From assembly GCA_965198235.1 (NCBI GenBank), contig OZ240248.1, positions 3,936,001-4,000,000 on the forward strand: a stretch of 64,000 nt of DNA, read 5' to 3'. The notes under the pieces were generated by a model. That model did no database searches, was not told the DNA's origin, and saw only the letters and a program-made list of their open reading frames with translations. Every line of letters begins with the position of its first letter. The stretch's first letter is position 1. The position numbers and the translations under genes are program-made. The stretch comes from Candidatus Poribacteria bacterium (lineage in GTDB: Bacteria > Poribacteria > WGA-4E > WGA-3G). Positions 1-10,220 of this stretch are shown here, one piece after another.

Positions 1-1012
1 GATCATGCGTGAAGGGGAAATCAAATTCTATCGTTCGATAGCGTTGCGCTGCCCCTGGTGGTGGTGCCTTTTCGATGGGTAGCACAACCTTTAATTCGAG
101 CGCATTCAACTTTATTTGTGTGAATGGAAGGAAGCCTTCGGCACTCTCACCGGGGCGAATACCTGTCCGGCGTGTACCCACCTGTTTTTCAACGATACGC
201 ATCCGTTTTTCGATGAGAATCCGCCGTGCAGTTTCAAGCCCATTTTTCACATAAAGTCCTGTTGCGCGCGCCATGTATAAGAAACGCTCCTCCAAATCAT
301 CGTAACTCATACCGTTATAGATGTTCTCGTCTTGGTCGACGATTTGGCATTTTTTGACATGAAAGATAATGTTTTCACTCCGATTGTTAGTAATCTTCAC
401 ATAAAACACATCTGTTTTGTCGCCTTGGTGGAGTGCTTCGGTCTCATAAAAAGGCGAAAAAGCATTTCCGCGATTGTACTTCCGGTCAAGGTCTGTCCGC
501 CGCCAATACGCGATAGAAATAGTAATCCCATCCTCAGTCTTCGTTAGAATTGGCTGTCTTGCCTGCACTTGAAACAGTTTTGGATGGTCAGACATCATGA
601 TGACATCAACGACTTTCCTATCTTCACCGCTGCCCCTTTCAATCTGAATTTGAGTGTCTGTCCACGCATTGAGGAAATCACCCCACTGGTCCTCGGCGTG
701 TGAATATTCGTTGAACGCGAATATATAGGTTAACGCTTCTATGTTGGCATCACGCGCTTTTCCAATTCGGAATCCGACAGTACTCATACCGTATTTGTCC
801 AGCACCGGCTTCGCGAGTGCCTCAGAAGGGACTGCAGGAATAATTACCTCTTCAGTTGGGTTTTCACTCTGTAGTGCCAATACTGCCGCTATGTTATGCA
901 CGGGTTGAATTGGTGATAAGTTACTGAGTGCCGTACCACAACCCGCAACGCTAAAGGCGAGTGCAAATAGCAGCCCAAGATTGAGTGCTGTGAATTTATT
1001 CAACCATTTCAT
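1..1012 (-). CDS. Putative lipoprotein, running off the window edge (not in the ORF track)
   Basis: Manual translation: GGAGG RBS, ATG at 1012, MKWLNKFTALNLGLLFALAFSVAGC (lipobox VAGC); frame stays open to position 1. Confidence 0.75.
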   Translation of the reverse strand, partial: MKWLNKFTALNLGLLFALAFSVAGCGTALSNLSPIQPVHNIAAVLALQSENPTEEVIIPAVPSEALAKPVLDKYGMSTVGFRIGKARDANIEALTYIFAFNEYSHAEDQWGDFLNAWTDTQIQIERGSGEDRKVVDVIMMSDHPKLFQVQARQPILTKTEDGITISIAYWRRTDLDRKYNRGNAFSPFYETEALHQGDKTDVFYVKITNNRSENIIFHVKKCQIVDQDENIYNGMSYDDLEERFLYMARATGLYVKNGLETARRILIEKRMRIVEKQVGTRRTGIRPGESAEGFLPFTQIKLNALELKVVLPIEKAPPPGAAQRYRTIEFDFPFTHD

Positions 1013-1231
1013 TGATAATATTGCCTCCTTGGTTACCATTCTCCGAATGGCAAATTCGTTTCTCGGTTTCCACTCTGGAGATACTCAAAAGATCCATACG
1101 CAAGCGTCTACGGATGGTTTTGAGAAAGCCAGAGCGAGATAAAAGTGATGCGTCTAAAACTGATTTTATGTTTTTAGAATAACATAACTGCAATTTTTAG
1201 TCAAGAAATATATGAGAAGAATTTATTGTAA

Positions 1232-3349
1232 TCATTTTACAATGCTCAATTTCCCAATTTCTTGAACAAGCACGTCCGCCTGCATTGCAGAAATACGGTA
1301 AATATAAATGCCGGGTGCAAGGGATATACCGTTGCGTGTTACAGCGTGCCATTCAAATTTACCTTGCGCCCCTACATTTTCTCGCGTTTCACTATAGACA
1401 AGATCCCCCGTGGGGATAAAAACCTCAAGGCGAATGTTATCGGCGATCTGCGAAGCAGACAACCGATAGGCGAATGTCACTACTGTATCACCGGTAAGGA
1501 AAGGATTTGGATATACCTTTATCTCATCAAGCGCGAAATCTTCTGCCTGAAGTTGATCTACACGCAAACGGTAAGAATCAACACTGCTGAATCCACCTTC
1601 TGATTCCACGATAATATAGAATATATCTGTCCTATCGGGTTGATAGATGAGTTTCAGTCCACCGATTTCAGTCGCATTTTCCCCAGTAGCGATCATCTCA
1701 CCGGTCGCTGTGTGCAGGGATAAGCGGTAGTTTTTGCCTGGCGGGATGTCAGCCAACGTCACCAAAATCGTGATGCCACGAGTTGCTTCCAATTTGTAAA
1801 CATCGCGTGTATCAGATAAGTTAAAAAGGAAGGATTCGTAAGTTTGTCCGTATGTGATAGGGAACGCAGTCGCAAGTGTATCGTTTGGTTCGTAAGTATC
1901 ACCGAACGACACAAGAATAAGAATCGTCCGACCTTCCGCTCCGATATTCGTAATAGAAATACCGGTTACAGTGCCGTCGTTAGCGTTACTATTTGGCACG
2001 GTCCCGGGTGTAAAAGCGGTCTGTTCATCATCCGCGGAGTAAGCGGCACCATCGGTTAGCGTTTGCACATCTATAAATTCAACATCGTCCTGTTGATAGA
2101 TACCGAGATGTTCAGGATCCGCTGGGTCTTCAAGCCAAATCTGTTGAGAGGCATCAAACGTCCCAAGCGGATACGGATGTGTCTCGTCGATATGCCAGAT
2201 CAGTATACCAGATTCAGGAAGGTAGGTATCAAAAGTCGCACCTGACGTTTTGTTCCGATTTTCTATGAGGAAAAATTCTGTTGCCTCTCCATGAACGGAG
2301 GTAGCTGACGAATGAATGTCAATTTTGAAAAGCTTATTGGTTTTGGGTCCGAGTTCAAAACTGGGTACATCAATCTTTTGGTTTTGTGTTATTTGAACGG
2401 GTTGAATCCAGCCAAGGCGCCCATTTTGAGGTCGCGCATCAAAATCCCATTTGAGGTATCCCATAATATGGCTCGGCTGTAAACCGTTCCCGACCCCTAA
2501 TTCCGCCGGACCTTGGTAGGGACCAAATTGGCTCATCAATCCCCATTTGTGATCGCGTGCATCTGTGAAGTCGAATCCGTATACATCGGGAGCACCGAAA
2601 TCGTGGAAAAACTCGTGGAAATAGATTCCCAAGTGCGGATGCTCAAAATCAGGTTCCTCAGCTACAACGGCTGTGGTATTGACACGTACTCCATCATGAA
2701 CGGCATTAACGGCGGGTGTTAGGAGAGACGCAATGTCCTCAATGACTGCACTTGAAGCCTGATCATTACCTGAATGGATAAGGAAGATGTGATCGACGAT
2801 TCCGTCGTTGTCTCTGTCGTATTGCGAAAAGTCAACGATTGCGTCCGCAGCCTCGCATGCTTCGCGAACCAATTCCTGATAGCGTTCCAGGATTCTTCCG
2901 CCTTCGCCGTAATAGGTCATCGGTTTTTTGGCACGAATCCATGTATTGCCTTTTGGGATAACTCCGCCCATCGGACCGGGCTGGATATCCATCTGTCCAT
3001 AAGAATTTTCACGATAATACGTTTTGAGGGAAACGCCTTCCGTGGCGAAAAGATATTTATCGAACGCTGCCCCTTCTCTACGTCCGGGCATATCAGCAAA
3101 ATCTATTTTCAAGGCGAGGACATATTCTATGCCATCTGACTGCAAGATCCCTTGTTCTCTGGCGAAGCAGCATCCTTCAAGAGCCTCAAGAAACTCTACT
3201 CTACTTTGAGGTGTTTTAGGCACGAATTCACCACTTGCTGAATCTTTATTAAAATAGAGATATGGATTTGGCGGTGCAGCGATGCTTAGAGGAGAAAAGA
3301 GGACAAGGGTGACGATACCAATAGTCAAACTCTGCAAGGTCATTCGCAT
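1232..3349 (-). CDS. Secreted M6 (immune inhibitor A-like) zinc metalloprotease with PPC-like domain and C-terminal FlgD/T9SS-type-A-like sorting domain
   Basis: Signal peptide MRMTLQ...SIA; SLKTYYRENSYG, DFSQYDRDNDGIVD, HEFFH zinc motif, WGLM Met-turn, FLIENR, GILIWHIDE; DTYEPND; YPNPF...GIYIYRI...GKLSIVK. Start uncertain (ORF is open to 3448). Confidence 0.85.
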   Translation of the reverse strand: MRMTLQSLTIGIVTLVLFSPLSIAAPPNPYLYFNKDSASGEFVPKTPQSRVEFLEALEGCCFAREQGILQSDGIEYVLALKIDFADMPGRREGAAFDKYLFATEGVSLKTYYRENSYGQMDIQPGPMGGVIPKGNTWIRAKKPMTYYGEGGRILERYQELVREACEAADAIVDFSQYDRDNDGIVDHIFLIHSGNDQASSAVIEDIASLLTPAVNAVHDGVRVNTTAVVAEEPDFEHPHLGIYFHEFFHDFGAPDVYGFDFTDARDHKWGLMSQFGPYQGPAELGVGNGLQPSHIMGYLKWDFDARPQNGRLGWIQPVQITQNQKIDVPSFELGPKTNKLFKIDIHSSATSVHGEATEFFLIENRNKTSGATFDTYLPESGILIWHIDETHPYPLGTFDASQQIWLEDPADPEHLGIYQQDDVEFIDVQTLTDGAAYSADDEQTAFTPGTVPNSNANDGTVTGISITNIGAEGRTILILVSFGDTYEPNDTLATAFPITYGQTYESFLFNLSDTRDVYKLEATRGITILVTLADIPPGKNYRLSLHTATGEMIATGENATEIGGLKLIYQPDRTDIFYIIVESEGGFSSVDSYRLRVDQLQAEDFALDEIKVYPNPFLTGDTVVTFAYRLSASQIADNIRLEVFIPTGDLVYSETRENVGAQGKFEWHAVTRNGISLAPGIYIYRISAMQADVLVQEIGKLSIVK

Positions 3350-3383
3350 GGACGAAGAGAGGCGATGTAAAACTAAAACAGGC

Positions 3384-4679
3384 TTAATCAAACTCCCCTC
3401 CGCACTTCCTGCACAAGATATAGAACTGGATATCATCGGATTGGGCATGTTGTATCATGAGGTCAACTGCCTGTTGTGGCAGATCTGCTGCACATTTCGG
3501 GCATTTATAGAGTGAGCCTTCTATTTCTGGGAATTCGGTGATATTTCCCCATACATCCTGAAGCCAGTATTTGAATTCCCAAGGTAGTTCGGTGTTGACA
3601 GCAGTTGCGATCTGGACAGCATGGCGGATTAGCTTTTGGCATTCGTGAATGGAGGCGGGTTCGTAGGGGTGCGGTGCATGCTTAATTGGGAGCGATTTCC
3701 CTCCCGTTTCAGTTTGCGCGTTGAAATCGCGAGCACGGGTAAGCAAAATCTGGTCTAAGCGTGAACCGGCTTCTCTTCCTTTAGACCAGAGACGGTAGTA
3801 GCCTGCCCGTTTAATTTGGAAAAAAGCTGGGTTGATTCCTTGTTTGGTGTTTACAACGCTGTCCGGCCCGGTATTCCATAACCAGCGGTGCCATTTGGAA
3901 GTATCATCCGGATCGGGACAAATTCGAATAGCTCCTGGACCCCCATCCCTATCCCACGGTTTTGCGAGTGCATCATCCATACCGATCCAATATGAGTCTT
4001 TACTCCATTCAAAGAATGCGCGAGCCCAGAGGTACCACTTCCCTGTTTTAGGGATATAAATTTCGTGTATTGCCCGCGCCCCCTTCAAACTGTCGATAGC
4101 TCTTCCGCCAGAGGCTTCTTCATGCTCAACCATTCTCACACCCTTATCAAGATGGATTGCGGTGTCTGCTTCGATAACGAGTATGTCCTTCGGCAAGCGA
4201 ACGAGCTCTTGGAGTTCATCATCGCCCGGTTCTATGGGTTCCATGAGATCATAGTTTTTCGCAATCCTTTGTGAGACCTTCTCAAACTGTTTCTCAGAAA
4301 GGTTTGCGTCAAAAAAGCAATCGCGGATACCTTTCTTCCAGAGGTCCAGGAGTAGGAACATTGCCTTCAGGTTGCCATCTGGGCGTTTCCGGGTACCCAC
4401 CACGATTAACATACCGGTATCCTTAGAACGACTGATTAAGCACCGATGCAATGGGAAATTAGGTGCTTTAAGGGCTCTGCTTGAGACAATAAGTGGCGAG
4501 TAATATCGGCATTTTTCATCACATCCTGGGATCTTGGCACGTTTGGCTCTACAGCATTCCGGGCAAATTAACATGCCGTTGAGTGCCGGGCAGATCCGCT
4601 TGCCATTATCTGAGCGACACGTTCGACATCGTTGGCGTTTCGGCTTTCTTTTTGAAGTTTGGTATCGCTGATGTCGCAT
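3384..4679 (-). CDS. Cys-rich (zinc-binding) hypothetical protein with an internal carbohydrate-binding-like jelly-roll domain
   Basis: N-terminal CxxC/ICP/ICPECC/CDEKC and C-terminal CPKC...CRKC; central IEAD...ASGG...WYLWAR...DSYW...RE.GSRLDQILLT segment. Confidence 0.65.
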   Translation of the reverse strand: MRHQRYQTSKRKPKRQRCRTCRSDNGKRICPALNGMLICPECCRAKRAKIPGCDEKCRYYSPLIVSSRALKAPNFPLHRCLISRSKDTGMLIVVGTRKRPDGNLKAMFLLLDLWKKGIRDCFFDANLSEKQFEKVSQRIAKNYDLMEPIEPGDDELQELVRLPKDILVIEADTAIHLDKGVRMVEHEEASGGRAIDSLKGARAIHEIYIPKTGKWYLWARAFFEWSKDSYWIGMDDALAKPWDRDGGPGAIRICPDPDDTSKWHRWLWNTGPDSVVNTKQGINPAFFQIKRAGYYRLWSKGREAGSRLDQILLTRARDFNAQTETGGKSLPIKHAPHPYEPASIHECQKLIRHAVQIATAVNTELPWEFKYWLQDVWGNITEFPEIEGSLYKCPKCAADLPQQAVDLMIQHAQSDDIQFYILCRKCGGEFD

Positions 4680-4864
4680 GTTTCTTCCAAAAAGGGGAAT
4701 GTAGTTGGAAATCTTACCAAGAATCCTGTGAGAAATTAGAGGTTGTTGGTTAACGAATGGTGTTGCAGAAGCGTCTGAGACCCATCAACTGTGGAGCCAT
4801 CGTAACTTCAATGCGAAAATACTCCTTGATCAAGTTGTAAGGGATCTACCTGCAACGAGGGAGA

Positions 4865-7165
4865 TTAACTCGGACGGTTGACTAAATCTGCCAAATACTC
4901 AGCAATTTTATCGGTAATCTGTTGTGCGTCTACATCTGCAAAGTTAAACAGCTCCTTAAGCATAGGAGAAATGGCACCCGTATCAAGCAAGGCATTCGCG
5001 AGTCTACCCATATTGCTTCGGTTAATACCACCTTGTCCATCATTATTCCCCATATCCAGGATCTTGATGCTGTCGATTTTCTCAACAGGCCGCATGAGTT
5101 GTTCGATAATATCTGAGGATTCGTCAATTAGTTCCATGATAGCCTCTTGGACGAGGACACGTTGTTCAGCAACATTTCGAGCTTCATATTCTGCCATCTC
5201 GCCTTGTGCTTTCGCACGCGCCTCGGCAAGTACAGCATCAGCAAGACGTTCGATCGGTTGTGCCTGTGCTTCAGCACCAATAATTGCCACCTCACGCTGC
5301 CATTCGGCTTCTTTCACCTGTTCTGTTGCCATCACATTCACTTCTGCGCCCATACGTTCAGCTTCCGCAACTAACTGCTCTTTCTCTGCAAGTGCCGTTA
5401 CCTGCTGTTTATTCGCAACATCGATCTTCCGATCCTCGTCGGTTAAAACGACCTGTAATTCCTGATTGATGCGGGTTTGCTCCACCGTCAAGGTTTTAGC
5501 AATCTCGGCGAGTGAAACCTGTCGCACCTGGTCGATCTGTGCGGTTTCAACAACGAGGTGCTTCTCGATTTCGCGCTGTTGGACCTGTTGCTCTTGACTG
5601 AAGCGCTCCGTCTGGACTGCTAAATCGCGCTGGATGTCTCGTAAAGACACGCCTTCTTCTTGGGCAATACGAGCCCTTTCCACAACGAGTTGTTTTTCAA
5701 TCTCTCGTGTCTCTACCTGTTGTTCCTGTGCAATTCGTGCTATCTCTACTGCCAAGGTTTTGGCAACTTCAGCGAGTTCGACTTGGCGCATCTGGTCAAT
5801 CTGTGCGGTTTCGACGACGAGGTTTTTCTCGATTTCACGCTGCTGGACCTGTTGCTCTTGACTGAAACGTGCCGTCTGCACCGAGAGTTCACGCTCAATA
5901 TCCCGTAGCATAACCCCTTCTTCCTGGGCAATGCGGGCTTTCTCTACCGTCAATACTTTCTCTATTTCGCGAACAGCAATTGCCTGCTCCTGTGCAATTC
6001 TCTGAATTTGGACGACGAGGTGTTGCTCAATTTCGGCGAGCTGCACAACTTTGGATTGCTCAATCTGTTGTGTTTCAACAATGAGGTTCTTCTCGATTTC
6101 ACGTTCGGCGACGATCTGTTCTTGCTGGACGCGAGCGACTTCGATGTCACGGTTCATCTCAATTTCGCGTTCTTGGATGACCTGTTCTTGTCTGATACGT
6201 GCGCGTTCAACCTCCTGCTTCATCTCATATTCACGTTCTTGCACACCCTGTTCCATCTCAAATTGGAATTTGAGGGTCTCCGCTTCCCGTTCAGCGGCAT
6301 AGATAGCAATGTTCTTCTGCTGGTCGGATTCTGCCCATGCTTGTTGTTGTTCGGCTTCAAGTTTCTGTATACGGGCATCGACCTCAATTTGAACAATAGC
6401 GACCTCTTTTTCCTGTACAATCCGTTCTTTTTCTCGTTCCTGCTCAGCTGTAATTTCGATGATTTCACGGATACCGACTGCGTCGAAGCGGTTTTCGGCA
6501 TCGAGCGTTTCAACGGGGGTCTGATCTACCCGAATAATCGATACGGTTTCAAGGGTTAATCCGTTTTGGATTTCGAGATCCTCACCGCATGCCGCTTGCA
6601 CCTTGTCAGCAAACTCTTGGCGTTTCTGGAGGAGATTCTGAATCTCACTTTCGGCTGCTACACTTCGCAATGCACCCTCGAGTTTGGGTTCAATTAATTC
6701 GCGGACAGTTTCTGGGGTCATAGATTTATCGCCGAGTGCTTGTGCCGCGCGTAGGATAGCGGTTTCTTCAGGCTCGACTTTAAGGTAGAAAACAACCTCG
6801 ACATCACCCCGGTTAAAGTCGTACGTAATCAAAGCCTCCGGACCTTCTCGTATAACCTCAATTCGCATGGTGTTGAGAGAGATTTCTTTGATCTCATGGA
6901 TGATGGTGTTAACCCAGAGACCACCGGTGATACGGATTTTCTCTCTTGCACCACCTGTTCGCACGAGTGCGATATCGGCTTTCGGTATACGGTAGCGAAT
7001 GACTGTAGCGGCAAAGGTCGCCAGACTCGCAAATAATACGAAGAGAATGACTGTTAACCACCGTATGACTTGGTTCTGCCCAAAACGGTCAAGGTTTTGA
7101 TAGGCGAACCAGCCAACAGCGACTGCTACAGCTATTAAGAAAACGATAACAGCAATGAAGCGCAT
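4865..7165 (-). CDS. SPFH/flotillin family protein with a long 22-residue-repeat coiled coil
   Basis: Two N-terminal TM helices, ALVRTG, SPFH core (EGALRSVAA, NGLTLETVSI, NRFDAVG), C-terminal PVEKIDSIKI flotillin motif. Confidence 0.9.
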   Translation of the reverse strand: MRFIAVIVFLIAVAVAVGWFAYQNLDRFGQNQVIRWLTVILFVLFASLATFAATVIRYRIPKADIALVRTGGAREKIRITGGLWVNTIIHEIKEISLNTMRIEVIREGPEALITYDFNRGDVEVVFYLKVEPEETAILRAAQALGDKSMTPETVRELIEPKLEGALRSVAAESEIQNLLQKRQEFADKVQAACGEDLEIQNGLTLETVSIIRVDQTPVETLDAENRFDAVGIREIIEITAEQEREKERIVQEKEVAIVQIEVDARIQKLEAEQQQAWAESDQQKNIAIYAAEREAETLKFQFEMEQGVQEREYEMKQEVERARIRQEQVIQEREIEMNRDIEVARVQQEQIVAEREIEKNLIVETQQIEQSKVVQLAEIEQHLVVQIQRIAQEQAIAVREIEKVLTVEKARIAQEEGVMLRDIERELSVQTARFSQEQQVQQREIEKNLVVETAQIDQMRQVELAEVAKTLAVEIARIAQEQQVETREIEKQLVVERARIAQEEGVSLRDIQRDLAVQTERFSQEQQVQQREIEKHLVVETAQIDQVRQVSLAEIAKTLTVEQTRINQELQVVLTDEDRKIDVANKQQVTALAEKEQLVAEAERMGAEVNVMATEQVKEAEWQREVAIIGAEAQAQPIERLADAVLAEARAKAQGEMAEYEARNVAEQRVLVQEAIMELIDESSDIIEQLMRPVEKIDSIKILDMGNNDGQGGINRSNMGRLANALLDTGAISPMLKELFNFADVDAQQITDKIAEYLADLVNRPS

Positions 7166-7232
7166 TCAATTCTCCTATAGAATGATAGCACGAAGGCACA
7201 GGTGGTGTTTTAAACACGCCTGTAATAATTAA

Positions 7233-8648
7233 TTACCGGAAAATGGTCCCGCTGCTGAGGTGCGTTCGGTATCGCCCCTTGAGCGGTTGACGAGGAGAAG
7301 TCTGCCACGCGAGATTCGCCAAGTAACAGAGCGCATTCTCAATGAGAGGTTTCGCTATAGTCGTGCGATAGGCATCTCGTGTATCAACTGCAAAAGCAAC
7401 ATAATAACCGTCCCCCCATTGCAACTGCACACTGATCGGGTCCCCGTTATCCTCTCTAACAGCCAACCTTCGGTAACTTGCGTCGTTTGTCACCCAATGA
7501 TCGTCGGTTATGAGAGTGTCTACATTCACCTTATGGGGCCAGGTAAACATACCTGTTTTTTGACCGTCATCGGTGATCCGTACGTTTCCATCGTTGGAAT
7601 TAATCACACGAATCGGATGCCGGTTGACCGGCAACCAATCGCCACGCCAGGCGGGTTCAGTTGTATGGACACCGTCGGGTGGTGTGATATTGTTATCCAT
7701 TGCGGAAGCCCAAACAATTCCTCCCTTATGAACAAAATCCTGAATTGCCTGATCCGCGTCTTCAACGAAATATTCACCGTCATGTCCGGTAGCAAACCAT
7801 GTAAACCAGATGATGTCATACTCTGAAAGCGTAATGCTTGAGAGTTTGACGGCATTGTTGGGATCCCCACGATTGTCGGGATTATCATTAATGTGTACGG
7901 TCGTAAACTGGAATTCTAACCCTTCAACTGAGGTGAGAGACTCCAATACTGCTGGCTCCCCGGTCGAATTATCACCAACAACAATCAACACTCGGAATAC
8001 ACCTAACGGCACAATTTTTATGGAAGAAATAATATCTGAAAATGATTGCGAATGTGGAAGTGCTCTGAGATTCCGAAGTGCTAACTGAAATTCTTGTGAA
8101 CTCAGGTTTAGGGTCAACCGTCGTCCTTCAAAGTTAATGTGCTCGTAGAAAATGACATGGCATCCGCTGAATGGAAAACTGGGACCGCGCTGGATGCGAA
8201 TTGACGAAACGGTATCATTCATACCAATGTCGAACATCGAACTGACATCGCGCATGATAACACTCCGTTGACCGGTATAATCTACGTCCCGAAACACTTC
8301 GATGATGACCGGAACCGCTCCATACTCCGGTGGTGTTGGGTGTGCTGATGGACTGAAACTGATAGCTGTAATCGCGTCCCCGAAGTTATAGGGAATGTTA
8401 TGAATGTTTGAATAGAACCCTGGAGCAAGCACCAGCCGACGTCCCTTGTAGTTCTCATGCTCATGAAAGATGGCTTTGTAGTTGGGCGACGCGTTGAACC
8501 CTGGTCCCTTGTAGATTTTAATCGAAGAGATAATGTCTTGCGCCCCAATCTCTCCAGTGTTCGGGATAGAATCAACCAGCGTGACCTTGCGTCCATGAAA
8601 ATTTACATGTTCAAAGACTTCAACGACGAGCCTCGGCATGTTGGTCAT
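7233..8648 (-). CDS. Beta/gamma-crystallin domain protein (four Greek-key motifs) fused to a C-terminal GATase-like/ThuA-like alpha/beta domain
   Basis: FEHVNFHG..DIISSIKI, HEHENYKG..DAITAI, FRDVDYTG..NDTVSSIRI, YEHINFEG..DIISSIKI; LSEYDII..FVHKGGIV; AAGGAGG RBS before ATG 8648. Confidence 0.8.
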   Translation of the reverse strand: MTNMPRLVVEVFEHVNFHGRKVTLVDSIPNTGEIGAQDIISSIKIYKGPGFNASPNYKAIFHEHENYKGRRLVLAPGFYSNIHNIPYNFGDAITAISFSPSAHPTPPEYGAVPVIIEVFRDVDYTGQRSVIMRDVSSMFDIGMNDTVSSIRIQRGPSFPFSGCHVIFYEHINFEGRRLTLNLSSQEFQLALRNLRALPHSQSFSDIISSIKIVPLGVFRVLIVVGDNSTGEPAVLESLTSVEGLEFQFTTVHINDNPDNRGDPNNAVKLSSITLSEYDIIWFTWFATGHDGEYFVEDADQAIQDFVHKGGIVWASAMDNNITPPDGVHTTEPAWRGDWLPVNRHPIRVINSNDGNVRITDDGQKTGMFTWPHKVNVDTLITDDHWVTNDASYRRLAVREDNGDPISVQLQWGDGYYVAFAVDTRDAYRTTIAKPLIENALCYLANLAWQTSPRQPLKGRYRTHLSSGTIFR

Positions 8649-8835
8649 AGCGCCCTCCTTGTTTTCAGGCATAACTTACAAACGAAATTGTAAGTTTAAT
8701 TAAAATATCATTAGCAGAAGCAGTTTGTCAAGGGAAAACATCAAGAACTTTCTGCTGGTAATCTCAATGCCCAATTGAGAACTTCTCTGTCTGGCTCAAT
8801 TGGTTGCCTGAATACCTACACGATGCCTTTTCCAA

Positions 8836-8864
8836 ATTATAACGTAAATTCTTCTGGATGTCAA
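8836..8864 (-). promoter_or_regulatory. Consensus sigma70 promoter for the crystallin-flotillin genes
   Basis: Minus strand TTGACA-17 nt-TATAAT. Confidence 0.75.
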
Positions 8865-8933
8865 GATGTGGTAATATTCTTGCCGAATGCCATCTATAGA
8901 AAAATTAACATTTAACAAGTCCACTCATTTTTC

Positions 8934-8962
8934 TTGAATCTCTGAAAAGAATATGATAAAAT
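8934..8962 (+). promoter_or_regulatory. Sigma70-like promoter for the gene at 9017
   Basis: TTGAAT-17 nt-TAAAAT with TG extended -10. Confidence 0.5.
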
Positions 8963-9016
8963 ATAGATAAGAGCCTTGGAAAGAACTCTTTGAGAATGTA
9001 AGATGGAGGAAATATA

Positions 9017-9889
9017 ATGTCTTACAAAAGAGGACTTCTGATTTTTTTGATCACAATTATCAGTATCGCGTTAGTCTATTTCCTAACCCGAATGGAACAA
9101 TCAGCGACGAAGGAAACGATAGCATCACGTCCGGTCGCACTTCCCTATAATTGGATTGGGAATATAACGCAAACACAAATAGCGGAACCTTCGGGTATCA
9201 CCTACCACCCGACTCGGCGGAGCCTATTTCTTGCTGATGATTCAGGGAGTGTCCATGAGGTAAGCCTGGAGGGTAGGCTCATTCAGTCGAAAGGATTAAA
9301 CGAGCGCGACATTGAAGGGATTACTGTGGATCCGAGCACCGGATTACTATACGCTGCTGTAGAAGACGATGAAGTGATCTTGGAGCTTGACCCAGAAAAT
9401 CTCACTATTCAGAGAGAATTCAGAATCGGCAGAAATTTTAAAGGTGAACAACTCCTGAGAAAAGGAGGTATGGGCATTGAAGCGATCGCTTTCGTTCCAG
9501 ATGCTTCACACCCCGAGGGCGGTACTTTTTGGGTCGGCAACCAATCTTTCAGTCTCAAAGCGAAAGATGAACCCTCGGTCGTATGCGAAGTCGTTGTGCC
9601 ACTCCGTTCTACAGCAGCAAAATCGGCAGACGGCGCGATTATCCACGCTTACAAAATGGACTTCATCGATATTTCAGGGTTGGCTTACGATGCACAAGGC
9701 GATTTTCTGGTATTGATCAGCGATACAACCAATCTTTTGGTTGAACTCAAACGGGAAGGCACTATTCTAAGGCGATACCTCCTGCCCGGGGACGAACAGG
9801 AAGGGATTGTGTTAGATGGACTTGGCTATATGTACGTTGCGCAAGAGAACGGGGAAATTATCAAATTGGCAGATCGGCGGCTCCGTTGA
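9017..9889 (+). CDS. SdiA-regulated/YjiK-like beta-propeller protein with N-terminal anchor
   Basis: EPSGITY, DIEGIT, GIEAIAF, DISGLAY, EQEGI blade motifs; GGAGG RBS. Confidence 0.75.
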   Translation: MSYKRGLLIFLITIISIALVYFLTRMEQSATKETIASRPVALPYNWIGNITQTQIAEPSGITYHPTRRSLFLADDSGSVHEVSLEGRLIQSKGLNERDIEGITVDPSTGLLYAAVEDDEVILELDPENLTIQREFRIGRNFKGEQLLRKGGMGIEAIAFVPDASHPEGGTFWVGNQSFSLKAKDEPSVVCEVVVPLRSTAAKSADGAIIHAYKMDFIDISGLAYDAQGDFLVLISDTTNLLVELKREGTILRRYLLPGDEQEGIVLDGLGYMYVAQENGEIIKLADRRLR

Positions 9890-9930
9890 ATGAAAAGACC
9901 TCGGTTTCTTGGTATTTCTACTTCGCTTTT

Positions 9931-10152
9931 CTAATTTTTGTCGTTTTCCTCCTCATCACCTTCAAGGCGCAACACGGCAATCCCCGGGACCAAATCTAAT
10001 ACCAGATTAATGGATGCGTACTGTTCTGCTGTATGCCCACAATCGTCTCGCCACAGAACTTGTACGTTTCCTTCATCATAGAGAATCCCAGAGGCGAGTC
10101 TCTTACCCTCAGCATTTTCTAAGTGGAAATATCTGCGGCGTTTTGCATCCAT
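9931..10152 (-). CDS. Small hypothetical protein
   Basis: MDAKRRRYFHLEN... plausible composition, co-oriented downstream of mqnD; start uncertain. Confidence 0.45.
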   Translation of the reverse strand: MDAKRRRYFHLENAEGKRLASGILYDEGNVQVLWRDDCGHTAEQYASINLVLDLVPGIAVLRLEGDEEENDKN

Positions 10153-10220
10153 GATATTCGTGAGTATACAAAAGTGGTGAGGTATGGGAACCTCACCTTG
10201 ACAGAAACAACGCAAAGAGG

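Noticed and set aside
996-1193. 65-aa ORF
   Set aside because: Overlaps the promoter, RBS and start of the lipoprotein gene at 1012 in another frame
4878-6559. Long plus-strand ORFs opposite flotillin (and similar antisense ORFs elsewhere)
   Set aside because: Shadow frames of repetitive or biased coding sequence
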